Shown piece by piece: positions 1 to 11,810 of a stretch of 50,182 nucleotides of DNA. The translations under genes and the position numbers were made by a program. Under the pieces are notes generated by a model. It had not been told where the DNA came from and searched no databases. It saw nothing but the letters and a program-made list of their open reading frames with translations. Position 1 is the stretch's first letter, and each line of letters starts with the position of its first letter. This stretch comes from Dirinaria sp. TL-2023a (Eukaryota), in assembly GCA_051941275.1 (NCBI GenBank), contig JAVEBF010000023.1, forward strand, positions 1 to 50,182. Reading direction: 5' to 3'.

Positions 1-1113
1 GCTTATGCACCACGAGCAGATTTATGAAAATGGATTTTTTTGTACGGATGTGTACGTTTTTCTGCGGTTTCATAAATAAAGGCTTCGAATATGATAAACC
101 CAGAAAGCAAAAAAAAAGGAGTGAGAGGTCCAAGAAACGAGAATATAAAGAAATGAAAACTACAGCCAAAAATCCATACACAGTGTTAAGATATTATGGA
201 CTCCCGCTTTCTAAGATCTTTTCCCAACGAGATAAAAATAAGAGAGTTGGCCTAGGTCGAGGATCGATTGGTCAAGAGATAAAACAAAATGTACATACAA
301 CTTGCAAGGCCATACAAACTCTTTTTTATTCTCATCTTTATTTCGTGCTCTTACAATGCAAAAACAAACAAAACACAATCGTAATACTAAATATTACCTC
401 ATAAATAAACCATCTCACGATCCCGAATCTATATCCTTGAAAATTTAACAAAAAAAAAAGGAGGTTAAGCCAATTCTCCGATCGCAAGCGGAGAGCTGCA
501 GAGACTTGCAGGATTTAGCTGATATTGGTAGAAACAAATGGTAAATTTGGAGGAGAACCACAAGGGGGGGGGCGTTAGTTGATGGAACGAATTAGAGGAA
601 AATGCTTGTTAGGCTGTTTTTTTTATTGTGTTATGCTCATCACTGGGAACTTCTGCAAGCTACTTTAACATGTTGTCTTTGCTTTCTAAAGTGGGCGAGG
701 TTAAATAGTATCGTTTTGCAGACTTCCCGACTAAGGAAGTCGACGGCGGTTCGCTTACCTTCCCCGAACAGGCTTAGATCTACTTTTGATGGGAGAACAT
801 CGCGCCCCTGAAAAAGGATATCCTTTGGCAGTCAGAAACCAGCGTTCTATCCATGTAGAGAGATCCAGAAATTAGCCAGGTTGGTTATCAGCGAGCTGCA
901 AGCAATTGGCGTGATAAGACGTGCTCGATCTAGCCGCATCTTGCACTCGGACCCCGCACAATCTAGAGATATGCGTCTTCGGATACTAGTAGTGATTGCG
1001 TGATCCGTCAAGTGAGCATATAACTTTCCACTATCGTCAATCCACGGCTGCTGTACAGAATAAGTAGAAGATAATGAGCTCCTAGTGTTGATCAAAAAAA
1101 AAAAAAAAAGAGA

Positions 1114-1708
1114 ATGGCAACCTCAGTGCAAGAAAATCTCATCCAGAGTAATCAGGAGTATGCCGCCAACTTCAATTCCGGAGACTTGGCGCTCCCTCCG
1201 GCGAAGAAATATGCTGTTGGTAAGTGGAAATGAATATTTTCAAGCTTTGCAAACATTCGAGGGTACTATGTGTAAAACGAGGTCCTAAGCCTGAGTTTTG
1301 GCAGTAACCTGCATGGACGCCCGAATCGACCCAGCTGTTGCCTTCGGTATCTCCTTGGGCGATGCGCACGTGATCCGCAATGCTGGCGGCAATGCCCGTG
1401 ACGCCCTTCGTTCGCTGGTCATATCCGAGCAACTGCTCGGGACTCAGGAGATTTTGTTGATCAAGCACAGCGGCTGCGGGATGCTAACGTTTTCGAACGA
1501 AGATGCCCACACGGTAGTGGAGAAGAATCTCGGATCGGAAGGTGAAGATGCTTTGCGTGGACTCGACTTTCAGCCCTTTGGTGATCTCGATCAGGGTGTC
1601 AAGGATGATGTGGCGTTTTTGAAGGAAAGCAAAGCGATCCCGGATGGTGTGAATGTGAGCGGATGGGTTTATGAGGTGGAGACTGGACGAGTCAAGCCCA
1701 TAGTCTGA
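1114..1708 (+). CDS. Beta-class carbonic anhydrase (2 exons: 1114-1219, 1305-1708)
   Basis: Spliced product MATSVQENLIQSNQEYAANFNSGDLALPPAKKYAV-VTCMDARIDP...HVIRNAGG...HSGCGM. The CxDxR and HxxC zinc-ligand motifs of beta-CAs are present. Intron GTAAGT...GCAG at 1220-1304 keeps frame. Confidence 0.93.
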
Positions 1709-1872
1709 ATTCGGTCTCTGCTTCTCCGGTTCACTTTCCTGCGAGGTTTCCTCTTTTGATGCGACCAACTGTTATGATTCAGAGCTGCTAAGGTGTCATA
1801 TAGGTGGTGAGAAGGCATGTATATTTAATTTTCACGGCTCATTATCACACAAAGTCTGGGGACTCCAGGCCG

Positions 1873-3077
1873 CTAAGCAAGCGTTGCAGAGCTAGTGCTT
1901 GATTCTCTCAATACTGCAGGCTCACCAGGCTTATTTGGTGAAGCTGGATTCATGCTTTGATTCTGTACCAGTCGCTGAATCAGGTATAGTCAGCTTGGAA
2001 CTCGTTGCCACATTCTTCGGGAGCTTACCACCAGATTCCTCAACAGCATGACGATTGTCACTTTGCCAATGGCCGGGACGTAGATGGAAGCCTTCTCCTT
2101 CACCTCGGGACTGAAGTTCTGAGCCAGAAATGCTGGTCAGCAAACGGCCGTGTAAATTCAATTTGACGAGTATTGATGTTGGTGGCCGGAAGATTTACCT
2201 TTTCAGTGGAAAAATTGATGCACACTGCACCGTCTCTTAGTAACTCGACAGGGAACTTAAACGATTCTCCGGGGACTCCGGAAATGACCACATCACTCAG
2301 AGGAACACAGTCCTTCAATCCCCACCCTTCTTTGTCCACCACTTGATGTCGCCTTTGCTTGATACCCTGGCCCCTGGTAAATTGCTGAACCCCTGTCACA
2401 TCGACGGAGTAGACACATGCTCCATCATTGGCTAGCAAGGCAGCCAGTGGCCGCCCAACGACTTCGCTGCGGTTGACGACCGTAATTGAATGTCCGAAGA
2501 GGCGATTCCCATAAGGGAGAATTGTATTATACACCCTTAAATATTCTAATATTTTGATGATTGCAAGCGGGGTACATGGCAAAATACTCTTCTGCGTCTG
2601 CTGCTCATCGAGAAAACGAATGTTCTGGAACAAATTGAAGATATAGCGGTGACTTAAGCCTTCGACATCCTTGCCAAGATCTGTGATCTGCTGCAAGTAC
2701 TGGTCCTGGCGATTGTTGAAGATGGGATAATAGACAATGATGCCGTCCACGTTACGATCGTTGTTGGCGACTATAAGCGCCTCTTCGAGATCCTCGCGGT
2801 CAACCTCACGAAGCTCGAACCGAAAACCGCTAGCCAATGGTCAGGAGACTGATCCATGTCGGTAGAGCTGAATGTGCTCTCACTTTTCTTTGCAAGTTCG
2901 CTCAGTCCAATCTGCGTACATACGAGCAGCAGGATCCGAGTTCGCCAGGAAGCCGACCAGCAAAGGTACTGCGGGTAGTTTTGCAAGGCCTGCAGTAACT
3001 TCTGCAAGAAGATTCTTGGCCACTGTTCCCGCCAGGACCACCTTGCATCCAGCAGAGCCTGCTTCAGCTGCTGCCAT
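1873..3077 (-). CDS. MTD1: NAD-dependent methylenetetrahydrofolate dehydrogenase (4 exons)
   Basis: Motifs LVGFLANSDPAARMYADW, VDGIIVYYPIF, KDVEGL, ILPCTPLAIIKILEYL, VVNRSEVVGRPLAALLANDGA, and after splicing NFSPEVKEKASIYVPAIGKVTIVMLLRNL. The last exon and stop at 1873 were inferred by hand. Confidence 0.92.
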
Positions 3078-3542
3078 AGTTTGCTGTGGCAAAAGATAAA
3101 GTTAATGCAGTACAGAGTAGTGTATTCTGCTTGCTATGACTAAGCCTTTAATTCCTCTCAATCAAGGTTGAGATGCCATAGCCATCAACGGCTCGAGACA
3201 GTTCGACCAAGGCCTTTCTACAGCCAGGATGAATTGAGAAATGAGCTGTCAGGGACAAATGGTACTTGGCTGCATGGCAAATTCTGATGGGAAATGGTCA
3301 AAGGCTGACAACCAACCGTTCAGATGCCCACGGTTGGATGCTGTGGGCTGTTAGGGTTAGGGCCCGCCTGGATTGCATAGTACAACTCACTAATACCAAT
3401 TCCGTAAAGCGTATTCTTAGTTTACCGGGATGACGTTCTATTGATTGCGTTTAGAGATTCTTAATATGTACCTTACTCTTAAGTCTTACTTCTACGATCT
3501 CAGCGTGATCACCAGCTCTCAATTTTGGTGCTACCCGTCACT

Positions 3543-6500
3543 ATGTCCGAGATCCGCAGCTACCTGCTGACTGTTGACAATGACAAATCGAGTGCCGAAG
3601 ATATTGCTCACGTAACCGCTCGCAGTATCGATACCTCATCATCCATGTGCCTGAATCCTCAAACTAATTCATGTGCGCAGAGCTCGAATCCAAGCAGACA
3701 ACTTTGATCGAAGTGGTGCAGTCTCTCGGAGAATACATCAATGATGAAGATGCGACCATTCGGGCAAAAGCTGTACAATTTCTTTCTTCGGTCATTGGCG
3801 CAGTGCCTTCCAACCTCCTCACCATCCAACAAGTCCAGGTCCTTTGCCAGTTCTTGTGCGATCGTATTGAGGATGGAGGTGCAGTGGGAGGGCTTCAAAA
3901 GCTCTCGAGCCTTCGACGGTTCAATAGGGAAATGGCCAAGATGACGACTAGAGCGTGAGTAAGTGCATTGCTCGATCGAGATGGTTCAGGCCCGGAGTGA
4001 GCGTTGCTCTTCTATCCGCGATTGCTGCTGTTCAAGTCACTAGCTGTTCGCATAGTGATCACGACTAACTCGCTTGCAGCATGCTTGAGCATTTTCAAGA
4101 TTTGCAGATACGCCCGCAGTCTCAACGGCTACAGATCCTTGAGCTGCTGAATAATTTGATGCTCCAGCACCGTCAAGCTTTGAAAGAGATGGGAGATGAG
4201 TTTATTGTTGGCGTGACCGATCTCGTTAGTGGAGAGAAAGATCCTAGGAACCTCATGATTATTTTCTCTATCTTGAAAGCAGTAATGGTGGAATGGGACA
4301 TTTCCAGTCACGCCGAGGTGCGCTCTTTCTCTTTCATTCTCTGAGGGCTCTCCACTCACGATCAATTAGCCTATGTTCGATTCTGTGTTCTGCTATTTCC
4401 CCATAACTTTCCGGCCTCCTCCGGACGACCCGTATGGGATAACTGCGCAAGACTTGAAAGATCGACTACGGGATTGTGTGGCGGCATCAAGCTTGTTTGC
4501 ACCATTTGCGTTCCCTCAGCTCATTGATAAGCTTGATTCAACTTCGCCTAATGTGAAAGTGCGTAGACTTCTTTGGCGCCACGGTCGAGACTGACCAAGC
4601 GTAGAAAGACGTACTCCAGACGATTACCGCCTGTGCATCATCTTACAGTGTATCTGTTATGTCAAATTACTCCATCACGCTTTGGGATGCCCTTAAATTC
4701 GAAATTCTGAATGTGCAGGAGGCGGATTTGGCTGAGGAAGCCCTTTCCTCCCTCCAAGCCATTGCTATAAGGCTAAGTCATGGATTGACAACAACTGATC
4801 CAAAGACACACCTTGCTCGATACTTTCGGCCGATCGCGAAAGAGTGCAATGAGCAGCTTCAGGAGCCACAGCACAAGCAAGCCAAACCGGCTGGACAAAT
4901 TCTCAGCTCAATGGCCGCCACGTCACCAGTTGCATTCTTCCTAATTGTGAAAGCGGTTGTTCCTCCACTGCTCACGCTTTACGAAGCTGCTGATAGCATC
5001 GCAAAACAAAGAGCTCTTCTGGAGGTATTTGTGCAGCTGTTTAGTGCCGCTATCGTGGTGCAAAGCTTACCTGACTTGTCGGCCTCTGAGTCCCATACGA
5101 GTCAGCCACTGGATGGTTTTCACGACCGCCTTTTCGAATTGACGAGCCAAGCGCTAATGAGCACCTCCAAGGATGAAATTTCACTCCGTATTGTCGCATC
5201 AAAAGGGCTACTCCGACTTTGCTCCCTTCGCAAATACCTATCCGATGCTGAGATTGGTATGGCCGTACAATACTTCGATGAGATTGTATTAGACGAGGAG
5301 CACTCCCGCGATGATTTGAAAAACGAAGCTATAGAGGCTTTAGTCCAAATATCCAAGCTCAAGCCAAACCTAATAATGGATATTACGTTCCCGGCCTTCA
5401 TGGCTCGTCTGCCGGATAGCAATTTACCAAGCGAGACGAACTATTTGATCACATTAGAAGGGCTCGCACAGTTAAGCGTTGAAAAATCGATATCTGACAC
5501 TCTGGTTAGGAGATTGATCAACAAGCTGGAAGTCGTCCTGCAAGCCGGAAGCTCACCTGCATATCCTCAAGCAATCCTTTCTAGCCTAACATATGTTCTC
5601 AGTAGTAAGGACCTGCCCAACGATCCTAATCTGAGCAGCTACCACCAAAAGATCGTAGTAGGACTCGTCACTCGAGCGGTCCTTGGCTCGACAGGGGAAA
5701 TGCCAGAAACAGCACTGAACAGCCCGGAGAGTCTTGAAACCCTCGGTCGTCTGGTCAATCTCATTGTCAGAGCATTGAGCGACCACAAGCAAACTTCAGT
5801 AGTCGATCAGGTCTACTCCTTGTTCCTCGATGAAGCGTCCTTTCTTCCCATCCCGTTCAGGAAGGATGCTCCAGAGCCGCAACGGAGGACAATGATCCTA
5901 TCAACCTTCCTCGCAGCTGCCATAAGACGCGAAGTATGTCACTCCGATGTGCAAATTTGAACAAGCTGACCATCGCAGATACCCATCTCGTATCTGAACC
6001 TTGACAACCCCAGCAGCTTTTTACAAGAGCTAACGCGGCTTGCTATTACTGAAGATGTCCCATCCATTCGTCACGCCTTGGTCCGCCAGCTCGCTCTTGT
6101 GGTCAACAAGAACCTCCCTTCGTCCAGTGTGCACTATGCCACTGAGCTTCTCTGGGCTCCTTCGACAGGCCTCCTTCACCAGCAAAATCTGCTCGAGAAC
6201 ACCATCCGCACCATTTTCTGGATCTCAAAGGCCCTTATCCTCCGCCTCGCTCACACAGAAGAAGTCCTCTCGCATCTCCTCCCGCTCCTCTCTGATACCG
6301 ACCATGGTCTACCCTCCGCTCGCGGCTTCTCGCTTCTTCTCGCACCGGACGAGATCATCTCGAAAGAGAACGGCGCCGTCATCCGCCTCCTTACCAAACA
6401 ACACGTCTTCCATGTCTGCGTCCCAAGATTAGCCTCCGACTTCCGCTCCGCAGACAAACTCGTCAAACCAAACTACCTAATCGCCCTATCGGGGATCATC

Positions 6501-6917
6501 AAGCATGTGCCGACCTCGGTGCTGATGCCCGAAATCGACACGCTGCTGCCTCTCCTGCTGCAATCCCTCGATCTCCCCGACCAGCCGGACGTCAAAGCCG
6601 CCACCATCGACGTTCTCACCACCATCGCGACGGAGAACCCCTCCACCGTGGAATCGCACATCAGTAGTCTCGTGACCCGCCTCCTGGCTGCGGCAAGCGA
6701 CCGCAAATCGAGCCCGCCGAAGACCCGCCTCGCCGCGCTGCAGTGTCTGAGAATCCTCCCTGGCCGCATCAAAGATAGCACGTTGTTACCCTTCAGGGGT
6801 AAAGTCACCTGGGCTTTGGCGAAGCGGGTCTTGGACGATCCGAAGCGGGCGGTGAGGAGGGAGGGAATTGAGTGTAGAGCCAAGTGGTTGGGGATGGATG
6901 AACCGGAGAGTGAGTGA
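3543..6917 (+). CDS. MMS19: MMS19/MET18 cytosolic Fe-S assembly targeting factor (HEAT-repeat protein, multi-exon)
   Basis: GEKDPRNLMIIF and FCYFPITFRPPPDDPYGIT (MMS19 N-terminal signatures), and C-terminal LDDPKRAVRREG..CR..W. Consecutive ORF pieces join across GT-AG introns. Confidence 0.92.
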
Positions 6918-7596
6918 ATGACCGACTATATCAAGGGTGTGGAAGATTTGAACATGTAGATTACTTCCCTCGTTTTTTTTTTTCCCTCACACATGATGAA
7001 TCATTTGATGGAACTTTCTTTACCTTTAAGTAGAGAGATGAGACTTTATTACTAGATTACTCGCGATCATATCATCCCATCCGTTGAACTTGAAAGAAAT
7101 TGCAGTCCGCTTCTTGGCGAGGCTTTCCAGTATCTGATATCGAAAGGTAAGGTAAACCTTTTCAAAGGTATCCATACAACCCCTCGCTCTAGAATGAACA
7201 GACCAAAAATAAAGCTCTAAACGCCGTTCAAATATAGCTGAGATATCACCGCCAAAGAATATCGTCTGGAACGAAGGCGAGGGGGTGTGGGGATTCTTTA
7301 AATCCGATCAAAAGATTCGAAACATAGTAGGGGCTGGATATATACGCCAGATTATCTATCTAACTTTGTTCATTCTTCGTGTAAGAAGGAGGAAGGAGTG
7401 ATTTAGATTACGACATGTTAAAGTAGTTATGTGGAATGGACATTCATTTTATTTCTTTACCTAGTCTGACGTGTCTACATATCGTGTTTTCGTTCGTTTC
7501 CGTTTACATGCCTACCTCAGTTCTGGCAAAGGTGGGAAAGGGGTTCCCTTTTTTTTCTTTGATATTCGTGACCTTACGGCCATTTTTATTCGTTTT

Positions 7597-8715
7597 TTAG
7601 GCGGGCTGGGCTTGTGCTTCGGGCGCCGCCATGCCCCCTTTCCCCTTTCCCGCCGCGACGTATTCGCTGAAGAAGTCTGGGTCGGACTCGAGTTCTTCTT
7701 TGACCTGTTTATTTGTGCGTGGGATCAGCTTGGGGATTTTTGATTTATTTTTCTTTTTGGGGGTGGGGGGAAGGGGATGACTTAGAGCTATGCACTGCCG
7801 ACGCTCGGGCTCGTGTAAGAAGGAAATATAAGGACGAGAGAGAATGAGGGATTGTATGTGTGTGCGTGCGTGTGTGTAACTTACAATATCTAACCCCCCA
7901 ACCAGCTCCCCCCCGCACCACAGTTGCGGATACGTAGGCCAGTCCGCCCACTTCTTCAATCCCTGCCTGATCTCCTCGTCGGCTAGGATATTGAAGAAAC
8001 CATATCTGACTCCCCTTTCCCGCAGGATACTGACCAGCTGCCTGCTGAAACCGCACTGCGGCGTGCTCGGCGTGCCCTTCATGAACAGCATCACGGGCGC
8101 GGCTTTCACGAGCTCCGAGATGCGCTTGTCGAGCTCCTCTTGCTCGCCTTGTGTCGAGGACATCTCCGGCGCGGTGGCCGGGTCGGAGGCGCTGGGTGCG
8201 TATTTCGAGAGGTTGTTCGTCCCCGCTGCTGGCTTTTCGCCGTTACTGTTCTCGCCGTTTGTTGCTGCACCACCATTAGGTTCTACATCTCCCATTCCAC
8301 CACCTCCCTCTTCAGCTCGTGGAGTCGTCTCTAGCGCTGGTGGCAAGCCCAGTTTTCCTGCATTGCCACCCTTGCCCGCATGCCTCTCGACCGCGGCGCG
8401 GACTTTGGCCGCATCGCTCCCGCTCACGGTTTCCAAAATTTGGCCAGCGCGTTGTAGCACCAGGTACGGCACGGCGGTGACTTCGAAGGACTCGGAGATG
8501 TCGGGTAGCGCTTCAGCATCGATGCTGAGGAATGTAATGAGTGGTGGTGTTTGAGGTGGGTATGCTGAGGCCAAAGTACGTAGGATGAGGGTCTGTTGGG
8601 CGCACGGGGCGGCCCAGGGAGTGTGGAAGGAGAGCACGAATAGGGTTGTCGGGGGAAGGGAGGAAATTTGGGAGTCGAAGTCGGCTTGGGTCTTGATGCT
8701 TTGTAGTTCAGACAT
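7597..8715 (-). CDS. GRX4: Monothiol glutaredoxin Grx3/4 (thioredoxin-like domain plus CGFS Grx domain); predicted intron 7705-7884
   Basis: WAAPC thioredoxin-like motif, PVMLFMKGTPSTPQCGFS and WPTYPQLW.GGELVGGLDI. A 180-nt GTAAGT...AAACAG segment interrupts GGLDI|VKEELE. Confidence 0.95.
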   Translation of the reverse strand: MSELQSIKTQADFDSQISSLPPTTLFVLSFHTPWAAPCAQQTLILRTLASAYPPQTPPLITFLSIDAEALPDISESFEVTAVPYLVLQRAGQILETVSGSDAAKVRAAVERHAGKGGNAGKLGLPPALETTPRAEEGGGGMGDVEPNGGAATNGENSNGEKPAAGTNNLSKYAPSASDPATAPEMSSTQGEQEELDKRISELVKAAPVMLFMKGTPSTPQCGFSRQLVSILRERGVRYGFFNILADEEIRQGLKKWADWPTYPQLWCGGELVGGLDIVSYTHARTHIQSLILSRPYISFLHEPERRQCIALSHPLPPTPKKKNKSKIPKLIPRTNKQVKEELESDPDFFSEYVAAGKGKGGMAAPEAQAQPA

Positions 8716-9508
8716 GATGGAATTCGAAAGCTATGCTATTCGCGTGGAGAACCCGGGGATGGAGGAAGGAGAGGACTGTAAACAAAGAGTTGATCCAGTA
8801 TCCTGCCGTGTTGAGATAGCTAGCGAGTAGTGTGGACTAACAGTCAGTCAGCCATGATACTTACATCCACGTAAGTCAGTCCACAAGGTGATGTTGACGG
8901 CGATGCATCATGTAAGTAAGGCGAAGTATGTCAAATACTGATTCAGATCGCAAAAAGAAACAAAAAGCGCTAGAGAGATGACGCAATGGAGGCAGTTCTC
9001 GCCTCTTGGCATCGCGTTTCGCTTAAGAAAAGGGTCCAGTCAGCCACACCCTGCACTCGTAAGGTACATAAAACTGCTTGATCACTTGGTGATGTACATT
9101 GTACTTGCGTATCGAAAGCTCTCACATTTGTAGTAAGATAATAAGATTACAATGCAATTCTCGATATGCACGTACAGTAACAGAAAGATGATTAAGGTAC
9201 TGGTAACAACGATCAATGATACTTGGGCAACTTTTAGCTAGAAATGCCAACCCTCGAATCCCGTCGGCGCCCTTTTGACCGATTGGGAAAAGGAGCAGTC
9301 TTCCAGCTCCAACCCAGTTGGTTTTGGATCCCACCTCTCACGTACCCGACACGAAAATGCTAGTAATCGGATTTCGAGAGCGTGGCTGCTAAATCGACTT
9401 AGATTTGATCCCCCCCGTGCAGTGGATTCCAGTACGGCATGCCATCAAGTGTTCGAAAAGGTGTCCACGCACAAGGTCATCTTAAGCGAATCCACAGCTT
9501 CGGGTTCT

Positions 9509-11117
9509 TTAGGACTGGTAACCCGTTAATCTCCGATAGGAGTTGCGCGGGGCGTTTCCCAAGCTCAGAACTTGTTGGGCAAACGTCGTCTCGTCGATGT
9601 AAGCTCCCCTGAGCCATCTTTCGCTACCTGAGAAAGCTTTTCGAGCGTGTACGACCCTTGCATTGTCAAATATTACACATGTGCCTTCTTGAAGCTTGGT
9701 CTGATATATGGCTGATGGCCACTGGATCGACTTCTTCAGCTGCCTTGCCGCAGCCAGCCGTGTGTTCATAGCTCGCTCGTTTCCAATGTTTTTAATGCCC
9801 GGCGCTTGATACGGGGGACTCCAGCGGACGGCTTGGAGTGCCCGGATAAACTGGGAGGGGTCCTTAAAGTATTCGTCAAGCCGTGCCCAGTCATCTTCTG
9901 TTTGCGGGTTCATTTGCTCGTCAGTTACCAACGTGGGATGGCTATGTCTCAACCAATACCCATTATTCTTGTAGTGGAACGGCTGTTTGAAGTGGGTCAA
10001 TGCCACCACCCATCTACTACGCTCCCTCACGTTCTTGAAGCCTGTGAGACGATGGTAGACTGCGCTGAAGCTATCGCTAAAAAGGGTTTCGCCTCCCTCG
10101 TCACTCTGCTTTAGGCAATGAAGGATTTGCAACTTCGGTGGCTCTTTGTAGTATAAAAGGTCCTAGTACTCATCAGTCCTATCAATGCAGAAAGCCAGAA
10201 AAGGTAATAAAGACAACTGAGGTAGGCCCGGCAGATATCTCGGAGGCTGGATTTCGACTTACCATATGAAAGCCGAGATCAGACGACGTGTCTGCAGCAT
10301 TCTTGGCCGACGGGCGTGACCTAACATCCCAAGTAGGACCATAGATCGTATTTTGCAATCCACCCATGCGGTCGCCGATCTCGGCTACGGACTCCGAAAC
10401 GTTCGGTACTGTGTTGATAAACGCTATGCCAGATTCAATAAGGTCCTCAAGCACTTTACGATATGCCTTTTGGTCGGTCATGTACGCATCATACGTCACA
10501 CTCGTCCCAAGTTCTTCTTTTTTGAGTCGACCCTGGGTCCAAAGCAGGCGAAGGTATTTTCGCTGGCATAGATGCTTTGCCGCTAGATCAGCGTGCCACA
10601 TCCATTTAAAGTAGTCTGGGGGAAAATGGCTTCTATGATCTTCGTAACCAGGGACATCGGAAGTCCACGAGACCGAGAAAGAGCCATCGCCATGAACTTC
10701 TAGATCTTTCCCTTGAATAGAAAGCGGTATGTCGACCGTGTCAAAAAGCCTTTGCGTCGTCGACTGATCAATGCACCTCTCACATGTGCATGCATCCCGG
10801 AGCAAAAGACTGTCGAAGACCTGCGTTTTACCATTTATGGGTACCTCAATCTTTCGTGACTGCCAAGGACCCTTGGGTTTTTCCCGATTTTTTTCAGAGC
10901 GACCTGCCTGTGAACGTCCGACGCCTTTTGTACCGGCATCTCTTGGCTGCCTTCGGGTCTTTCCACCGTGTACTGAGCGTTTATCCCATCGTGTACAGTT
11001 TACGCGGGCAGCGCTAGGAATGCGAAAATTTTGGAGCAATGCGCGGTTGGGACGGAGAGCGTTCTGGCGGGCAAGCAATCTAGCACAAGGAGACATGAGA
11101 CTGTAGGCACCATGCAT
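9509..11117 (-). CDS. Gamma-butyrobetaine dioxygenase/AIM17-like Fe(II)/2-oxoglutarate dioxygenase (TauD family), probably mitochondrial; intron 10163-10262
   Basis: N-terminal LRDACTCERC zinc motif, spliced LGFHM|DLLYY (HxD iron ligands), GGETLFSD, and IFDNARVVHARKAF.GSERWLRGAY. The N-terminus is Arg-rich and presequence-like. Start may be 11117 or 11096. Confidence 0.88.
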
Positions 11118-11810
11118 TGAGGCTTTATGCCAGACTTTATATTGACACGAAGGTTGTCGAGTTTGCACGCGTTTCACAGGGATTGTTTCTCATTTGGGTC
11201 TTATCTAGGGTTATTTTTTCGATACCTTTCACAGCTACCTTAGCGGAGATATACGATTCCATGCCGGGACCGAGAAGGGGCAGTAACCCTGAAAGACAGT
11301 ATAGTAACGATTAATAAGGTGTCGATACAGTCTCCACACGGTATTTTACGACTAATAAGGGTGTCTATCTAGTTTTTCCAGAGCCACCGCCCCTTCTCGG
11401 TCCCATGGAATCGTCTATCTCCGCTTAGGTACAAGCCGACTGAGATGCTCGTCAAAGCAAGCATCAAAATCTTATTTGCCAAAGTCGCTTCAACGGGAAC
11501 CAGCACTTTTTATCTCTTCAGGAATCTCTAGGTTGAAACCAAACATGGAAGTCGGTCGAATTATTGTAACGTTACCAACATAGCATCACGTGACATGAGA
11601 CCATGGGACCTAAATTGGAAGTCCCTGCCGATTGTGGTCGGAGGGTCGGGCCGGACTGTTGTTCTCATGGCACTCCTCGACCGTTCGGCAAAGCCTCATA
11701 AAGAATGCGTGCAATGGATAGACTGAAACTCTGATCATTCCCAATGTCTGATTACCAGTGCATGCGGATCGAAATCTCGGCATTGGCGTGATACCAGGTA
11801 TCTTGGATGG

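Noticed and set aside
24..404. 126-aa ORF at the left end
   Set aside because: K/N/I-rich translation typical of AT-rich non-coding DNA, with no recognisable motif.
6251..8830. Long antisense ORFs over MMS19 and GRX4 (e.g. 6473-6883, 7991-8554)
   Set aside because: Shadow ORFs expected opposite GC-rich coding sequence.
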